A stretch of DNA of 64,000 bases from Eledone cirrhosa (Eukaryota). Below the pieces are notes generated by a model. It was not told the DNA's origin. It did not search any database and saw only the letters and a list, made by a program, of their open reading frames with translations. Where the stretch lies: assembly GCA_964016885.1 (NCBI GenBank), contig OZ024751.1:12090001-12154000 (forward strand), written 5' to 3'. How positions within the stretch are numbered: position 1 is the first letter of the stretch; each line of letters starts with the position of its first letter. Below are positions 29,329-43,504 of the stretch, piece by piece. Position numbers and translations under genes: made by a program.

Positions 29329-30110
29329 CAATCCTGGTGCTTCTCACTCTTGTTACAGGAACCCCTCCCTGGTTGAGTTCCATTGCTATCTGTTTAGTTT
29401 TGGTCATGTCAGGGGTGTAGTCGTTTTCACCACGTTTGGGCAATTGCGTGTTGTTGAGGCTATTTGACCCATAGTCATTATTGAAACCCATCTCTATGGC
29501 AAATCTACTGTCACTAAATTGCCACTAACCCCCCCCCCCCCCCCATCAGAATAGCAATAAATATCAACCAACCCACCACTAAAATACCATTATCACAAGC
29601 TTAACCGCTATAAACCTACAACTCATATTGAACTAACCATCACTATCAAACCAACAGTCACAACTACTAACTATACCCTTCAGTCACAACAACTAACAAT
29701 ATCCCGATCAAACAACTATACACCACAATACAAACAACACACGATACCAATCAACCCGAGAGACCCTATCACAATAGCCAAAAAATCGACCAATCTACCA
29801 CCAAAAAACCAACCCAAGACCGACCATCACACCCTAAACCTACTACAAAAACACTGGTCTTTGTAATCGAACAGTCCGACTCATAATGAGTTATATTTAT
29901 AGAACATACACATATATGTTTCTTTTTATCTTTCTAAAATTGGACGTATCTATGCTGTATGGATGTATTTCGGTCTGGGAAAAGACTTTTGTAAAGGAAT
30001 ACTGGATAATCACTATTGACAGATCTAATATTGTACTGAAGCTTCTGGTTCTTTCCAGTATACCTTATTTATTGTACTGCGTCGTTTCCTTTGTTATTTC
30101 TGTTTGCTGG

Positions 30111-30153
<43 letters not shown>

Positions 30154-30176
30154 ATATATACTTGTATATATATATG

Positions 30177-30211
<35 letters not shown>

Positions 30212-30216
30212 ATTAT

Positions 30217-30251
<35 letters not shown>

Positions 30252-30377
30252 GTAGTAGTACAACTTAAAAGTTTAATCAATGAATTTCTGATTTCACCCT
30301 AAGTACGATTATCATTTTCAGATGATTCCGCTGTTGATGAAAGCAGAAAATCATTGATTAAGTCTTCAAACTGTACT

Positions 30378-30755
30378 AAGTACTAATAATTGTTTCTACT
30401 TTAGGAACAAGGCCAGCAATACCCAGTGCATTAGTGATACTTTATTTTATCGACCCCGTAAGGATGAAAGGCAAAGTCAACCTCGGCGGGATTTGAACTC
30501 AGATCGTAAAGGGACGTAACTATGCTGGAAAGCATGGCGTCCGACCCTCTACCGATACTGCCAATCCAAGTACTAATAATTGTTTCTACTTTAGGCACAA
30601 GGCCAGCAATTACCCAGTGCATTACTGGTACTTTATTTTATCGACCCCGTAAAGATGAAAGGCAAAGTCAACCTCGGCGGGATTTGAACTCAGATCGTAA
30701 AGGGACGTAACTATGCTGGAAAGCATGGCGTCCGACCCTCTACCGATACTGCCAA
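30378..30755 (-). mobile_element. Tandem dimer of SINE S1 (~190-bp period)
   Basis: Two near-identical copies, each with A box TGGCAGTATCGG and B box GAGTTCAAATCC on the minus strand. Confidence 0.9.
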
Positions 30756-30757
30756 AT

Positions 30758-30793
<36 letters not shown>

Positions 30794-30796
<3 letters not shown>

Positions 30797-30978
30797 AAAA
30801 GAGTCAGGACCCCGACGGCTGAGCTTTAGCCGTTTCGACAGCTAGATCTAGATGTTGAAACAGCCGGACCTCAGCCGTCGTGGTCCTGACTCTTTGCCTA
30901 TATCCACTCTACTACCCTAAGTATCGATTACTCAGGTCCGTTATGGTCCACTTGGTGTCTTACCACACCTGCCTTCTT
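30794..30978 (+). mobile_element. Family-T hairpin-plus-tail element
   Basis: Homologous to 3690-3881 and flanked by (TA)n. Confidence 0.7.
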
Positions 30979-31238
30979 ATATATATATATATCTGACCAG
31001 GAATGGTTTTTTGTGAAAATCAGCCATATTGTCATCTTGCCTGATGGTTTGAACTTTACAACAACACCTGCCTCTTTGAGGTCAAATACCAACCCTACTA
31101 GCATCTACAAACTGACCAACGAGAATCGAGACTATTCATGCTGACAGCATTAAATTATTCCTATCAAGCTCATATGTCCCAAGGCTCTGATACCATCAAC
31201 ATCATAAACACAGAGCTGTCATATTTAAGAACTGACTA

Positions 31239-31289
31239 ACTGCCTGATGAGGTCATAGCTATGGCTATCATCGAAATATATATAGCAGT
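31239..31289 (+). ncRNA. Minimal hammerhead ribozyme (family 2) within repeat 31189-31335
   Basis: ACTGC-CTGATGA-(ATAGC tatg GCTAT)-GAAA-TATATA-TA-GCAGT. Confidence 0.8.
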
Positions 31290-31336
31290 AAATAAAGGAT
31301 TATGAGTTCATGCAATTGACTTATATTTCGTCACTA

Positions 31337-31372
<36 letters not shown>

Positions 31373-31379
31373 ATATTTA

Positions 31380-32345
31380 TAACAGAGTTTTGTAGCTTGC
31401 TTGAAGCATTGTTTAGTAGGAAACACAAATTTAAATAATTTTGAAAACCAAAACTATGCGTTAGGAAGAACATTAAATTGCCAAGATAACAAAAAAATCT
31501 TACCTTAGCAAATTTAACGATCCCAAATATGTTCGGGTTTAAAAACCTTTTATCAAGGGAGTAACCCTATGAGAGACTTAAACAATCGATCGGATTGACT
31601 TGCTTGTTTGTATGAGAGCAGATTTAAGTTAAATGAAATGAAAAGATGTTAAAATTTCCAACGTGTGCGTTGTTAAATGTATGATATATGCGTGTGTGTG
31701 CGTCTATATGTAAGTGTGCTTAGTGGGATGTGTTTATGTGTGTGTATGAATGTAAGTTTATGTAGTGAAAGATGTGTGCGAATATGTATATAATAAAACG
31801 GGAAAATATGTGTCCGGTATGTGTATGTAAGTCTAAGTATGTTTGCCTAGTGAGGACATAGATTTAATTTGAAAGAAAAAATGAAACTGGCCGCTGAGAT
31901 TTTAGAATAACTTTTAAACCAACTATTCTGGTGCACTTCTTTCTGTTCGATTATTGATCTTAGGCTTTAATTGCTTCATTATGAGGGTTTCTTTAATTTT
32001 CAGCGTGCCTATAATGCGTTCGGTAGCTAAGATTGTGGCGGTAATGATGACCCGGTTTCTGAATTTGATGATGTGTTTGCGGAAGGAAGAAGAGTTGGTG
32101 TTAACATGTTCTTTAATACGGAGATGTAACGGTCCAATAGTTCTGCTTATGTAAAATAGATTGCACTTGTTACATGCTAGCTGTATACTACGTAGGTACG
32201 TAGGCAACAACTAGTGTTGCGGATAGGGCAATTGGCTAGGGTGTATCCATTATCTTCGTTGGTGGGTTGCCTTGTGGAGAGACATCTTCGCAGGGAAGAT
32301 CCAGAGTCAGATAGTTTGATATTGAGGCTTTTGGAATTTAGACAA
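31380..32345 (-). mobile_element. 5'-truncated Penelope-like element (second family)
   Basis: Cys-rich linker and GIY-YIG relic, followed by a 3' UTR with a variant HHR at 31521-31560. Boundaries are approximate. Confidence 0.75.
31923..32335 (-). pseudogene. Decayed PLE linker and GIY-YIG endonuclease
   Basis: LNIKLSDSGSSLRRCLS...NCPIRNTSCC...QLACNKCNLFYISRTIGPLHLRIKEH...SSFRKHI...LKIKETLIMKQLKPKINNR. Confidence 0.82.
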
Positions 32346-33053
32346 CATCAAACTTAAACACCTCTATACATACATACACATATACATGCATTCCTACATG
32401 AGCACCCATGTTGTCTAAACTCCAAATTTTTTTTTGTCTGTGTTTATTTCACCACTAGTGAGAAATGAATCTAAACAAAACGGAAGAAAAATATATATAC
32501 TTATACAAATTCTCAAAAGTACACACATAATTGTAAATAAACTACATGGGTTTACGTCGGTGTAGTGATGTCTGATCCGTTGTTCGTACAATTAAACAAC
32601 TGAATCAGTGAATTATAGTATAGGTACCTGGGCATTCCACTGCCTTTTAAAATCTTTTAAACAATAATTTCCACAAAGGAGTTTGGTCATCCTGATTCTG
32701 TGGTAGAATTTGTTGACTCTAAAGGCCACGTAACATGGTAAATCATGGAAAATAAATTCTATTATTTAACACTATAAGGATAGCGTATTGTAATTTAAAC
32801 GGCCAATCTTGCACCACAGAGCTTCACCATGATTCTGACTTAGGATTACGTTAGAAACTAGAGCCTGCAGGATACTCAGCCACTTTATTCTATGAATAAA
32901 TAAATGGGACAGTTTCATTCCTCAAAAAACTAGATTGCTCGCCAACAAAACTCGCAATGATAAATTTACCTTAGTTACATACACATCTATACATACACGC
33001 ATACATGTATAAATACCTTGATACGTACATACACACCTACACGCGCGCACACG

Positions 33054-33144
<91 letters not shown>

Positions 33145-33614
33145 GCGTGCGCGTATGTGCATATATACATATATCTACAAACAACAAACATACATATATA
33201 TACAAATATCCATACAAACGGTCAAACAAGCACACACATATACATTCACACTGATGCATAAATACATACATATACACACAGGCATATACGTACATACATA
33301 CATATATACATACGCATACCTACGTACGCACACATACACATACATATATACATACATACATATGGCCGCGTAACTGTCAAAATTATTTTAGTCTAAACTA
33401 ATAAAGAAAGAAATTTGGTGTCCTACATCAGCCACTTACTGTCCATTTCTATTAGACTATTGTTGTTCTCTATCATTAGAATATGTCACTTCTAGTTCGC
33501 CAATTAGACACTCACAAACACTCCCACCTTCAGCTCCCAAATTTCTATATCTATATCTATCTCACTGTATGCACCTATATATATATATATATACATGCAT
33601 ACATACATAGGTAG

Positions 33615-33732
<118 letters not shown>

Positions 33733-34646
33733 TATATATATATATAGAGAGAGATGTGAAAATGTTTGTAGGTATGTATAATTGTTTTATAAACACACAC
33801 ACACATAAATATATATATATATATGATATATAGGAGAGATGAGAGAGATAGGGGAAGAGCGAGACAGGTGAAAAAAATATTTTTAGAACGAACGAAATAC
33901 CTATGTACACGCAAACATATTTAGGCTGATATACATACATATTTATGTGTATATATATATGTGTGTGTGTAGGGAAATATATTTATATATGTATATACAT
34001 GTGTGTGCGTGTGTCTGTGTATTTATTCAGATCATGATTTTTGCCATTTTTTTATATACTTCATGTATGGTCTATCAACCAAACAGCCATACTGGATTAT
34101 AATGGAATTAACATTTTACAGGAATGTATAAGAAAGTTGCTTTCAAAACTAATAGAATTCCCCACAAAACAAGTATTTAGATCATTCCAAATTCGAGTGA
34201 ATTAGATTTATATAGAACTAATAACAATTAAATTATTACAATAAAATCTTCGTAGACTAGGCCGTTTTGCTATCTTAACGTAAGCATGCCAGCGATGACT
34301 GTGTGGATAGTGAGTTGTCATGTGGGATAACGATGCTCAGGTGCTCGTTCTCCACTATATGGAAGGTAGCCATATACATGTACTTGACTGACCCCTTCCT
34401 TTTCCTTCTTGTCGCCGCCAAGATCTCTCCTGTCCTTGGAACGCTAACTGCCTTTTTCCTTCGCAAAATTAGGAGAAGTATATGCTGCTTCAGGAAGCAA
34501 CCCGATGAGTTGAAGATCATTTCCACTCGAGTCTTAACAAAGCTGATATCTTACAACAAAGATAAGAGGAACTGTGAAAGGGATTTAAAGGTTAAGTTTT
34601 TCTCAGTGCTAGGCTGGTAGTGTTTTTTATCGGTTTCAATATAATG

Positions 34647-34853
34647 GTTTCTTATATAGGGACAAGGCCAGCAAATACCCAGTTAATTACTGGTACTTTA
34701 TGTTATAGACCCCGTAAGGATGAAAGGTAATGTTAACCTCGGCGGGATTTGAATTCAGACCATAAAGGGTCGTAACTGGTCTGAGTTCAAATCCCTCCGA
34801 GGTTAACTTTACTTTTCATCCTTATGGGGTCGATAAAATAAAGTACCAGTAAG
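34647..34853. mobile_element. Two head-to-head partial S1 SINEs forming a hairpin
   Basis: A minus-strand copy (34647-34777) abuts a plus-strand copy (34780-34851). Confidence 0.82.
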
Positions 34854-35561
34854 TTTCAAAATAATAAAGCCAAGTGGACCTGCATATCTTTGAAGTCAGA
34901 GAGCAGAGATCCGGAACGAATATCACAAAACAATCTACCCGACCTTACAATGAGTCTGCCTATTCAAATAGATATTTGTATATATTAAATATCATCGATG
35001 TAACCCTATTTAATATTAGCCTATTCGATTTCGGGGTGACGACATGTGGTTAAATAACTTTAATAACTTGGTAAATGTATTTAAACTGGATTGGATTGCC
35101 TTTTGGCTTTGTCAAAGTATAGTAAATGGACTTATAATTCAGTGATTTTGTTAACATAATTCAGAAAAGATATGTTAGCTTCCAATCTATTTGCCATTAT
35201 TATAGCATCTAGTGTCGACATCAACACTAAATGTTCCTTTACATCTGTAGAATGTATCTATCAAATTGTTTTCGCGTGTTGATAACATGTCCGTGTGGTT
35301 AGACAATTGCGTAAAAAGGAAATTGTGCGTTAGCGTATTGGTCGGAATGTATATAATGAGAGGTGGTGTTTTCTAAATCCACCCCTAGGACCAGTATTGG
35401 AGAAGGAAGTGTAAATATGATGAGCATTGCTCTGTCTCTTCTGATTAATTCATTATCCTGCCCCAATAAAAGACCAAAACATTAAGATATTTTCGACATT
35501 TTATTAATGGATAAGATAAAATGCGGGTGTATTCAAGACGTAGAATCGCAACTTGTTTCCA

Positions 35562-35703
35562 ATCTTACTTATTTTGGTTAAGACCAAAGTGTAGTATCTG
35601 TTCTTATCAGATTAATGTCTGATACAGTTCCTTAGTGGGACCAAAGATAGTAAACTGATTTTTAGAACTAGGTGAAGCGTCATGGGCTTAGGCCCGCTAT
35701 CCC
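35562..35703 (+). pseudogene. U2: U2 snRNA pseudogene (3'-truncated)
   Basis: TTTTGGTTAAGACCAAAGTGTAGTATCTGTTCTTATCAGATTAATGTCTGATAC contains the GTAGTA branch-point pairing region and stem IIa. Sm site GATTTTTAG and a stem III remnant follow; stem IV is absent. Confidence 0.88.
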
Positions 35704-36161
35704 ATTATTTTTATTTTCTTTGTTTTCTTTCTTCCTTCTATCTCTATTGTTTGTTTTATCATACACACTTATTATATGTATTGTCCTCCGCATTCTAATG
35801 CTTTGTTTAACAAAGGGATACAACTTATTCGAAACAAAATATTGTGTAATAAGCTGTGCATCAAATAATTCTATCCCATAATGCAATATGTGGAAAATAA
35901 TAATCCTTACATATGTTGAAAGTACTACATATATTTCATGTACATATTCATGTACACATATACATATATATATATATATACATACTCACAAACAAACGGA
36001 TAAAAACGTGTACACTTACATATATCCGAGCACATCCGCATGCACACACACACACACCACGTACGAACAAACACGCTAATATATACGAACATATATATAT
36101 ACATATACATGTATATTTATACATATGAATATATTGATGTATATATATATGTGTGTCCGTG

Positions 36162-36372
<211 letters not shown>

Positions 36373-36930
36373 TGTGTCTACCATACAATCTCCATCATTC
36401 TTCGTTTTTCACCAACCACTAAAATTCTGATAATTACTCTTCTTGCACTTCTCAAATATTGATTGAATACGGCCAGCGGAATGAAAAGCTCATCCGTCAA
36501 CCTCATCTGAACCATACAACCTTTGTATAGACGGATCATGGTTATGACATTCCAGCTGTGACTACTAAGGTCATCCAATGCTATCATCGATCTTATTACG
36601 ACTGGCTGCATCAGCAGCAACACTGTGAAAAGAATCTACAGACGTTCTAATAAGGGAAATATTACATACAGTGTACTGTTATAATGGTGTGTTCGTGAAC
36701 TAGTGCATTGTTATGTGTTGGTGAACTTGTGTGTTAGTGAATTGGTGTACTGGTGTGCTGGTGTGTTGGTGTATTGGTGTAGTGTGAAAATATGTCCGAG
36801 TTTGTTCTTTCATAACGCTTACTACTTTTCTTTAATTAACGGGTTTGGTGCTTCGTCTTAATACAGGGATATCAAGCGGCTGAATAGCTTCTCATAAACA
36901 TATATATATGCATACAGGTGTATGTATGTA

Positions 36931-36974
<44 letters not shown>

Positions 36975-37807
36975 AACACGCATACAAGCACACACACACA
37001 CATATATATTTATGTTGTACTAAAATGTACTATCATATCACCGACATTCAATATATATTTATATATGCTTGTCTGTTCCCGTAACTATTTGTCTGTATGT
37101 GTATGTGTCAAAAGGTCTACAGTATATGTCTATACGTGTATGTGTGTCTAACCGTGAGCAACAGTGAAACGGTCACTATTATATATGAAATTTAATATTT
37201 ATCTGGTTCAAAGGAGTCTTTGAACATTGCAGAAAGAAAAGTTCACTACCAGAGAGGTACAGCGTAATGTTGATATTAGAGTTCAACATAGATACGTTTG
37301 CGAGAGTACCAGAGTGTCAAGGGAAAGGTCAATGATATGGAGTACCTATAGTCTCGGTTTGGAAGCCCAGCAGTGAGAGACGTATTTAGGGCTGGTTGCA
37401 TCATCATAAAAAAAATATATATACATGAAAATACAAACAGATTTCTGTCTAAATTAAACCAACAAGCCTGTGATTTTATTGACGGGCGATATAATTACAA
37501 ATTTACCGTTTCAAAGCCAACAAAGACCATCTCGGTCAGCGTAGACCAACTTAGTCACATTCCTATAGTGACTAAGACTAATAGTGAAAAAGATAAGTTC
37601 TGTGTTACACTGCAGATTAGAATAAATAGTATGTCTCACGGGGACAAAGTGATATTAACGAATGATTTAGAGATCTACATTGAACAAGAACAGAAAACTG
37701 GTACGTACTTATTGGCCAGTATGGTATGCAACTCTAGTGGAGAAAGTTTCCTCCAGTCTTGTTCTAGCTAAAGCCTTATTATATCCAGCAGGCGCATGGC
37801 TAGCAAG

Positions 37808-38140
37808 TGAAGGTGCATGGTTTAGTGGTTAGAGCATTGGGCTTGTAATTGAGATGTGGTGAGTTCGATTCTCGGACCGGGTGATGCGTTGTGTCCTTCA
37901 GCAAGACACTTTATTTCACGTTGCTCCAGTTTACTCAGCTGTAGAAATGAGTTGCGATGTCACTGGAGTCAAGCTGTATCGCCCATTGCCTTTCTCTTGG
38001 ACAACATCGGTGGAGAGGGGAGACTGGTATTCATGGGCGACTGCTGGTCTTCCACAAAACAAACCTTACTCAGGCTTGTGCCTCGTAGGGAAACTTTCTA
38101 GGTGTAAAACCATGGTCATCCGTGACAGAGTGGGGCCATA
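37808..38140 (+). mobile_element. tRNA-derived SINE (family S2, CORE-like centre)
   Basis: A box TGGTTTAGTGG, B box GAGTTCGATTC, then CCTTCAGCAAGACACTTTATTTCACGTTGCTCCAGT. Confidence 0.8.
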
Positions 38141-38517
38141 GAAGAGAGATTATATCCAACGCCAGATTCATACAAGCGAACATTTGGTGAATTAACTGTA
38201 TGTATTTGTGTTCGAGCCATTGGCATCACTTAAGCTGTATCAGGTATAACTAATGAATATTGTATATGCATAGTTTGATCAGGTTATTGGTGTAAGTGTA
38301 TCGGGGTTTTCCTCTACTTAAAACTGCATGGAATAAGTTCCAATGGAAGAAGTTAGATGCTTCCACTTCAGGCTGGCACACACAATGACCAGATATGCGG
38401 AGATGTCTTTGCTTCATCTTTTCGCTGGCATTTGTTAGATCTCCATTTATTTCTCATATGTTGCTGTCATTTCAAATTAAGGGCCATTCGTAACATCCTT
38501 GTTACGAATATATGTAT

Positions 38518-38645
38518 GTAGCTGTTGAAGTGGCAAGAGCTCAACCGTCGGTGTTCCGACTCTTCAATATTACCATACTCTACTATCCCAAGTATCGAGT
38601 ACTCTGGTCAATAATGCTCTAAACAAGTTTTTACTGCATCTATTA

Positions 38646-38689
<44 letters not shown>

Positions 38690-38720
38690 GAATAGATGCA
38701 AACAAAAACTTGTTTAGTGC

Positions 38721-38764
<44 letters not shown>

Positions 38765-38946
38765 AACGAGTAGGACTCCGACGGCTGAGCTCAAGCAGTT
38801 TCAACGGCTAATTCTGGACCTAGCCGTCGAAAAGGCTTGAGCTCAGCCGTCGGGGTCCTACTCGTTCCTATTACCCACTCTACTACCCTAAGTATTGAGT
38901 ACTTTGGTGCGTTATGGTCCATCTGGTTCCTTACCACATTTCCTTC

Positions 38947-38950
<4 letters not shown>
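38518..38950 (+). mobile_element. Diverged family-T fragment (38518-38643), short inverted copy (38691-38723) and family-T element (38762-38950)
   Basis: Homologous to 5300-5430 and 3690-3881. The pieces are separated by (TA)n. Confidence 0.7.
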
Positions 38951-39007
<57 letters not shown>

Positions 39008-39026
39008 ATATATGTATGTATGTATG

Positions 39027-39111
<85 letters not shown>

Positions 39112-39198
39112 GTATGTATGTATATATATATATATGTATGTATGTATATATATATATGTATGTATATATATATATATATATGTATGTATATATATATG

Positions 39199-39229
<31 letters not shown>

Positions 39230-39298
39230 ATATATATATATATGTATGTATATATATATGTATGTATATATATATGTATGTATATATATATATGTATG

Positions 39299-39362
<64 letters not shown>

Positions 39363-39412
39363 TGTATATATATGTATGTATATACATATATATATATGTA
39401 TATATATGTATG

Positions 39413-39454
<42 letters not shown>

Positions 39455-39544
39455 TATACATATATATATGTATGTATATATATATATATATATGTATGTA
39501 TATACATATATATATGTATGTATATATATATATATATATGTATG

Positions 39545-39622
<78 letters not shown>

Positions 39623-39685
39623 TATGTATGTATATATATATATATATATAGTATATATATGTATATATATATATGTATATATATG

Positions 39686-39754
<69 letters not shown>

Positions 39755-40197
39755 ATATATATATAAACATAGTAAGCTCGCAAAAGGACTAATACAGTGA
39801 TAGAGAAATAACAACAGTAAAACCTCAATAAATATGACAACAAATTCAGCAACAACAGCCACAGCAGCAACTGCCCTAACTCTTATAGCTAAGGGCCTCA
39901 GCCACGACTAACCGATTCTTCCCATTGTGTTGTACAGAATGAGGCGATCTGAGAATTGGGCTGAAAGAATCAAGGAAAGACATGATATGACAGCTCTTTT
40001 CCCCACTTGTTCGGTGTTAAAGTCGTTCAAAGAAGCTTCCTCAATGACAAACGACAATTTATTGATTGTTAGTTGGAATACATGTCTTAAATATTTCCAA
40101 TGGCACCGGCGGATTGATATATATATATATATATATATATATGCATATTCATCCATGTGTGTTTGTTCCTATGTTTAAAAAACGTGTACTCGTATCT

Positions 40198-40256
<59 letters not shown>

Positions 40257-40390
40257 CGTATGTGTATGTATATATGTATGTATGTATATGTATATATGTA
40301 TATGGATGGTATGTGAGTGTGCGTGTGTATATATATATATATATATGCATGCATAATCATATATACTGGGAAATATAAAGATAAATGTAC

Positions 40391-40457
<67 letters not shown>

Positions 40458-40572
40458 ACATGTAATGTACATACCCCCCCCCCCCCATCACACACACAAA
40501 CACACAAGTACACACACGTACACGCATAGATACCCACACATATATAAGCATACATAGATACATTCATAAAAC

Positions 40573-40608
<36 letters not shown>

Positions 40609-40681
40609 CAAATACATAACATTCCATATGCATTTTTCGCCATGCTGCATTCTGCTTTCTCTCTCTCTCTCTCTCTCTCCC

Positions 40682-40784
<103 letters not shown>

Positions 40785-41480
40785 GCAGTTATATGTAGAA
40801 AGGGGAATAGTTTATTCTGGCAGACAACTCACCAGCTCAGGTGACAATACATTAGTATTGAGGCTGCTCTCTTCGAGATAGGACTATCAATTACGCTATT
40901 AAGATTGTTAATCAAGCGGACAATATCATTGGTTAGTTACTTAAGCGGCCTTAATACATCGATCTGTCAAATGTGTTGACTGTGTGCTACTGATGGCATT
41001 AATGTTTTTATTTCTTTGTTTTTTCATTTTTTTTTCTTTTTTGTGTCTCTCGTTACTATGTTCTATTTTTCTTTCCTGTATTCTTCTTTATATTGATTGG
41101 AAACATCATCATCGCCATCATCGTCATCATTGTAATCGTCATCGTCATCATTTTAATCGTCGTCACCATCATCATCATCATCATTATTATCGTCACCATT
41201 TTCATCACCATCACCCGTCATCATTTTAATCGTCGTCACCATCATCATCATCATCATCATTATTATCGTCACCATTATCCTCACCATCATCATTATTAAC
41301 ATCACCATCACCATCATCACCACCACCATTATCACCACCATCATCACCATCACCATTATCACCATCATCATCATCAGGATAATCATCATCATCATCATCA
41401 TTACCATCACCATCATTATCATCATCTTCATCATTGTTATTATCATAATCATCATCAATAGTATTATCATTGTCGGTTGA

Positions 41481-41659
41481 TTGGCAGTATCGGTAGAGGG
41501 TCGAACGCCATTCTTCGACGCATAGAGGTACGGCCCTTGCCATTCTGAGTTCAAATCCCGCCGAGGTTAACTTTGCCTTTCATCCTTACGAGGTCGATAA
41601 AATAAAGTACCAGTAATACACTGGTTAATTGCTGGCCTTGTGCCAAAAGTAGAAACAAT
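41481..41659 (+). mobile_element. SINE S1, near full length
   Basis: A box, B box, central domain and an (ATT)n tail. Confidence 0.9.
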
Positions 41660-41786
41660 TATTATCATTGTCATCATCATCATTCTATTCTTCTTATTAT
41701 TAATCCAAATCTCTTGGGCCCTTGTGGCTAATAAATGTAATCATTATAATTACTTCTACCATCATCATCATTAGCATCTTCATCAT

Positions 41787-41825
<39 letters not shown>

Positions 41826-41859
41826 ATAATTGTTATTGTTATTGTTGTTGTTGTTGTTT

Positions 41860-41903
<44 letters not shown>

Positions 41904-42168
41904 CATCTTCATCAATAGTGTAGTTAATGTTGTCCTTTCTGTTTGAAATGGATGATGTTCTCCTTGTTGTCGTTGTAACACTTGCTGCTGCTGCTGTGGT
42001 TGTTGTTGTTGTTGTTGTTGTTACTGTTGTTGTTGTTACTGTTGTTGTTGTTACTGTTGTTGCTGCAGTAGATGATGTCCTTCCTCTCGTCTCTCCTTGT
42101 TTAGATTATTGAGAGCGGCCATATCTGTTTGAACACAAACGAATGTTAATGTTTTTACTGGTGAATGG

Positions 42169-42243
<75 letters not shown>

Positions 42244-42272
42244 TCTTATATATATATATATCAGTCACTCTC

Positions 42273-42303
<31 letters not shown>

Positions 42304-42396
42304 CTGTCTCTCTCCTCTCTCTATCTCCCCCTCTCTATCCTCTCTCTCCACTCTCTCTCTCTTCTCTTACTTTCTCCTCACTCTCTCCCCTCTGTC

Positions 42397-42497
<101 letters not shown>

Positions 42498-43504
42498 GTT
42501 ACAACAATGAGAGCTCCACATTCTCCACGTCCAGAAACCTCTATCAATGGCATATACTACAACTACAACAAAAACATCTACTGCTACTACCACCACCACC
42601 ACCAGCACCACCACCACCACCACTACTACTACTACTGCTACAATGCTACTACTATTGTAATCCACTTTCTATCAATAGTTTTGCTAGTGTTAATATGTGT
42701 ACCCCGCTCAGTCTCTCTACCTATCCATCGAATTATCTCCCCCCTCTCTCTCTCTAACAATATCTCTTATATTTTACACCCTATAACCCCCAACTCATTG
42801 TATACCCACCTTTCAATATCTCTATACTTCCCTGTATATATATATATATAACATTATTTATATACATATATATATACATGTATGTGTATATGTTTGTATA
42901 TACATATGTATATATATATATATATATACATATATATATGTGTGTATTATATTACTATGCTTTTATATTCATATCACTATCTCATTGTTTCTCACTATCT
43001 TTATCTCTCTCTCCCTTTCTACCCCCCCCCCTTCCCCCCTCTCTTTCTCTCCAATCATGAGTACAATTTTCTCACTATATCGGTTATTCTTTCTCTCATA
43101 ATATATGTCTGTCTTAACATATTCCTACTTTTATTTATTTATTTACTCTTTTGGTCAATTTTGATCCGCCATTTTTTATTCCTTTTTCCCTGTCTCATCT
43201 CACACTATACACGCTCACGTACACACATCTATACCGAACCAGACAACAAACGCACACATATGCTTACACGTACACAGACACCTGCGCGTACACAAGTACA
43301 TTGCCATTCTCAGTCAAACTGCCAGATAAATTGATCACCCCTTGAGATTTCCTCTCACAACTTGATGTATTTCTCCTGGAATCTAACACCGCCATTATCA
43401 TGAAACTTTCACCGATGTACAATGGACAAGACAGACGGTATTATCATCAGATCTAACACTACCATTACTTCTACTAACGACAATACTAACAATATTAACA
43501 ACAA

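Noticed and set aside
34275-34620. Possible Tx1/L1 ORF2 C-terminal relic or exon
   Set aside because: Only a vague resemblance, with no diagnostic motif or convincing splice sites.
37373-37771. 132-aa non-repetitive ORF
   Set aside because: GTG start, no recognisable domain and no clear splice signals.
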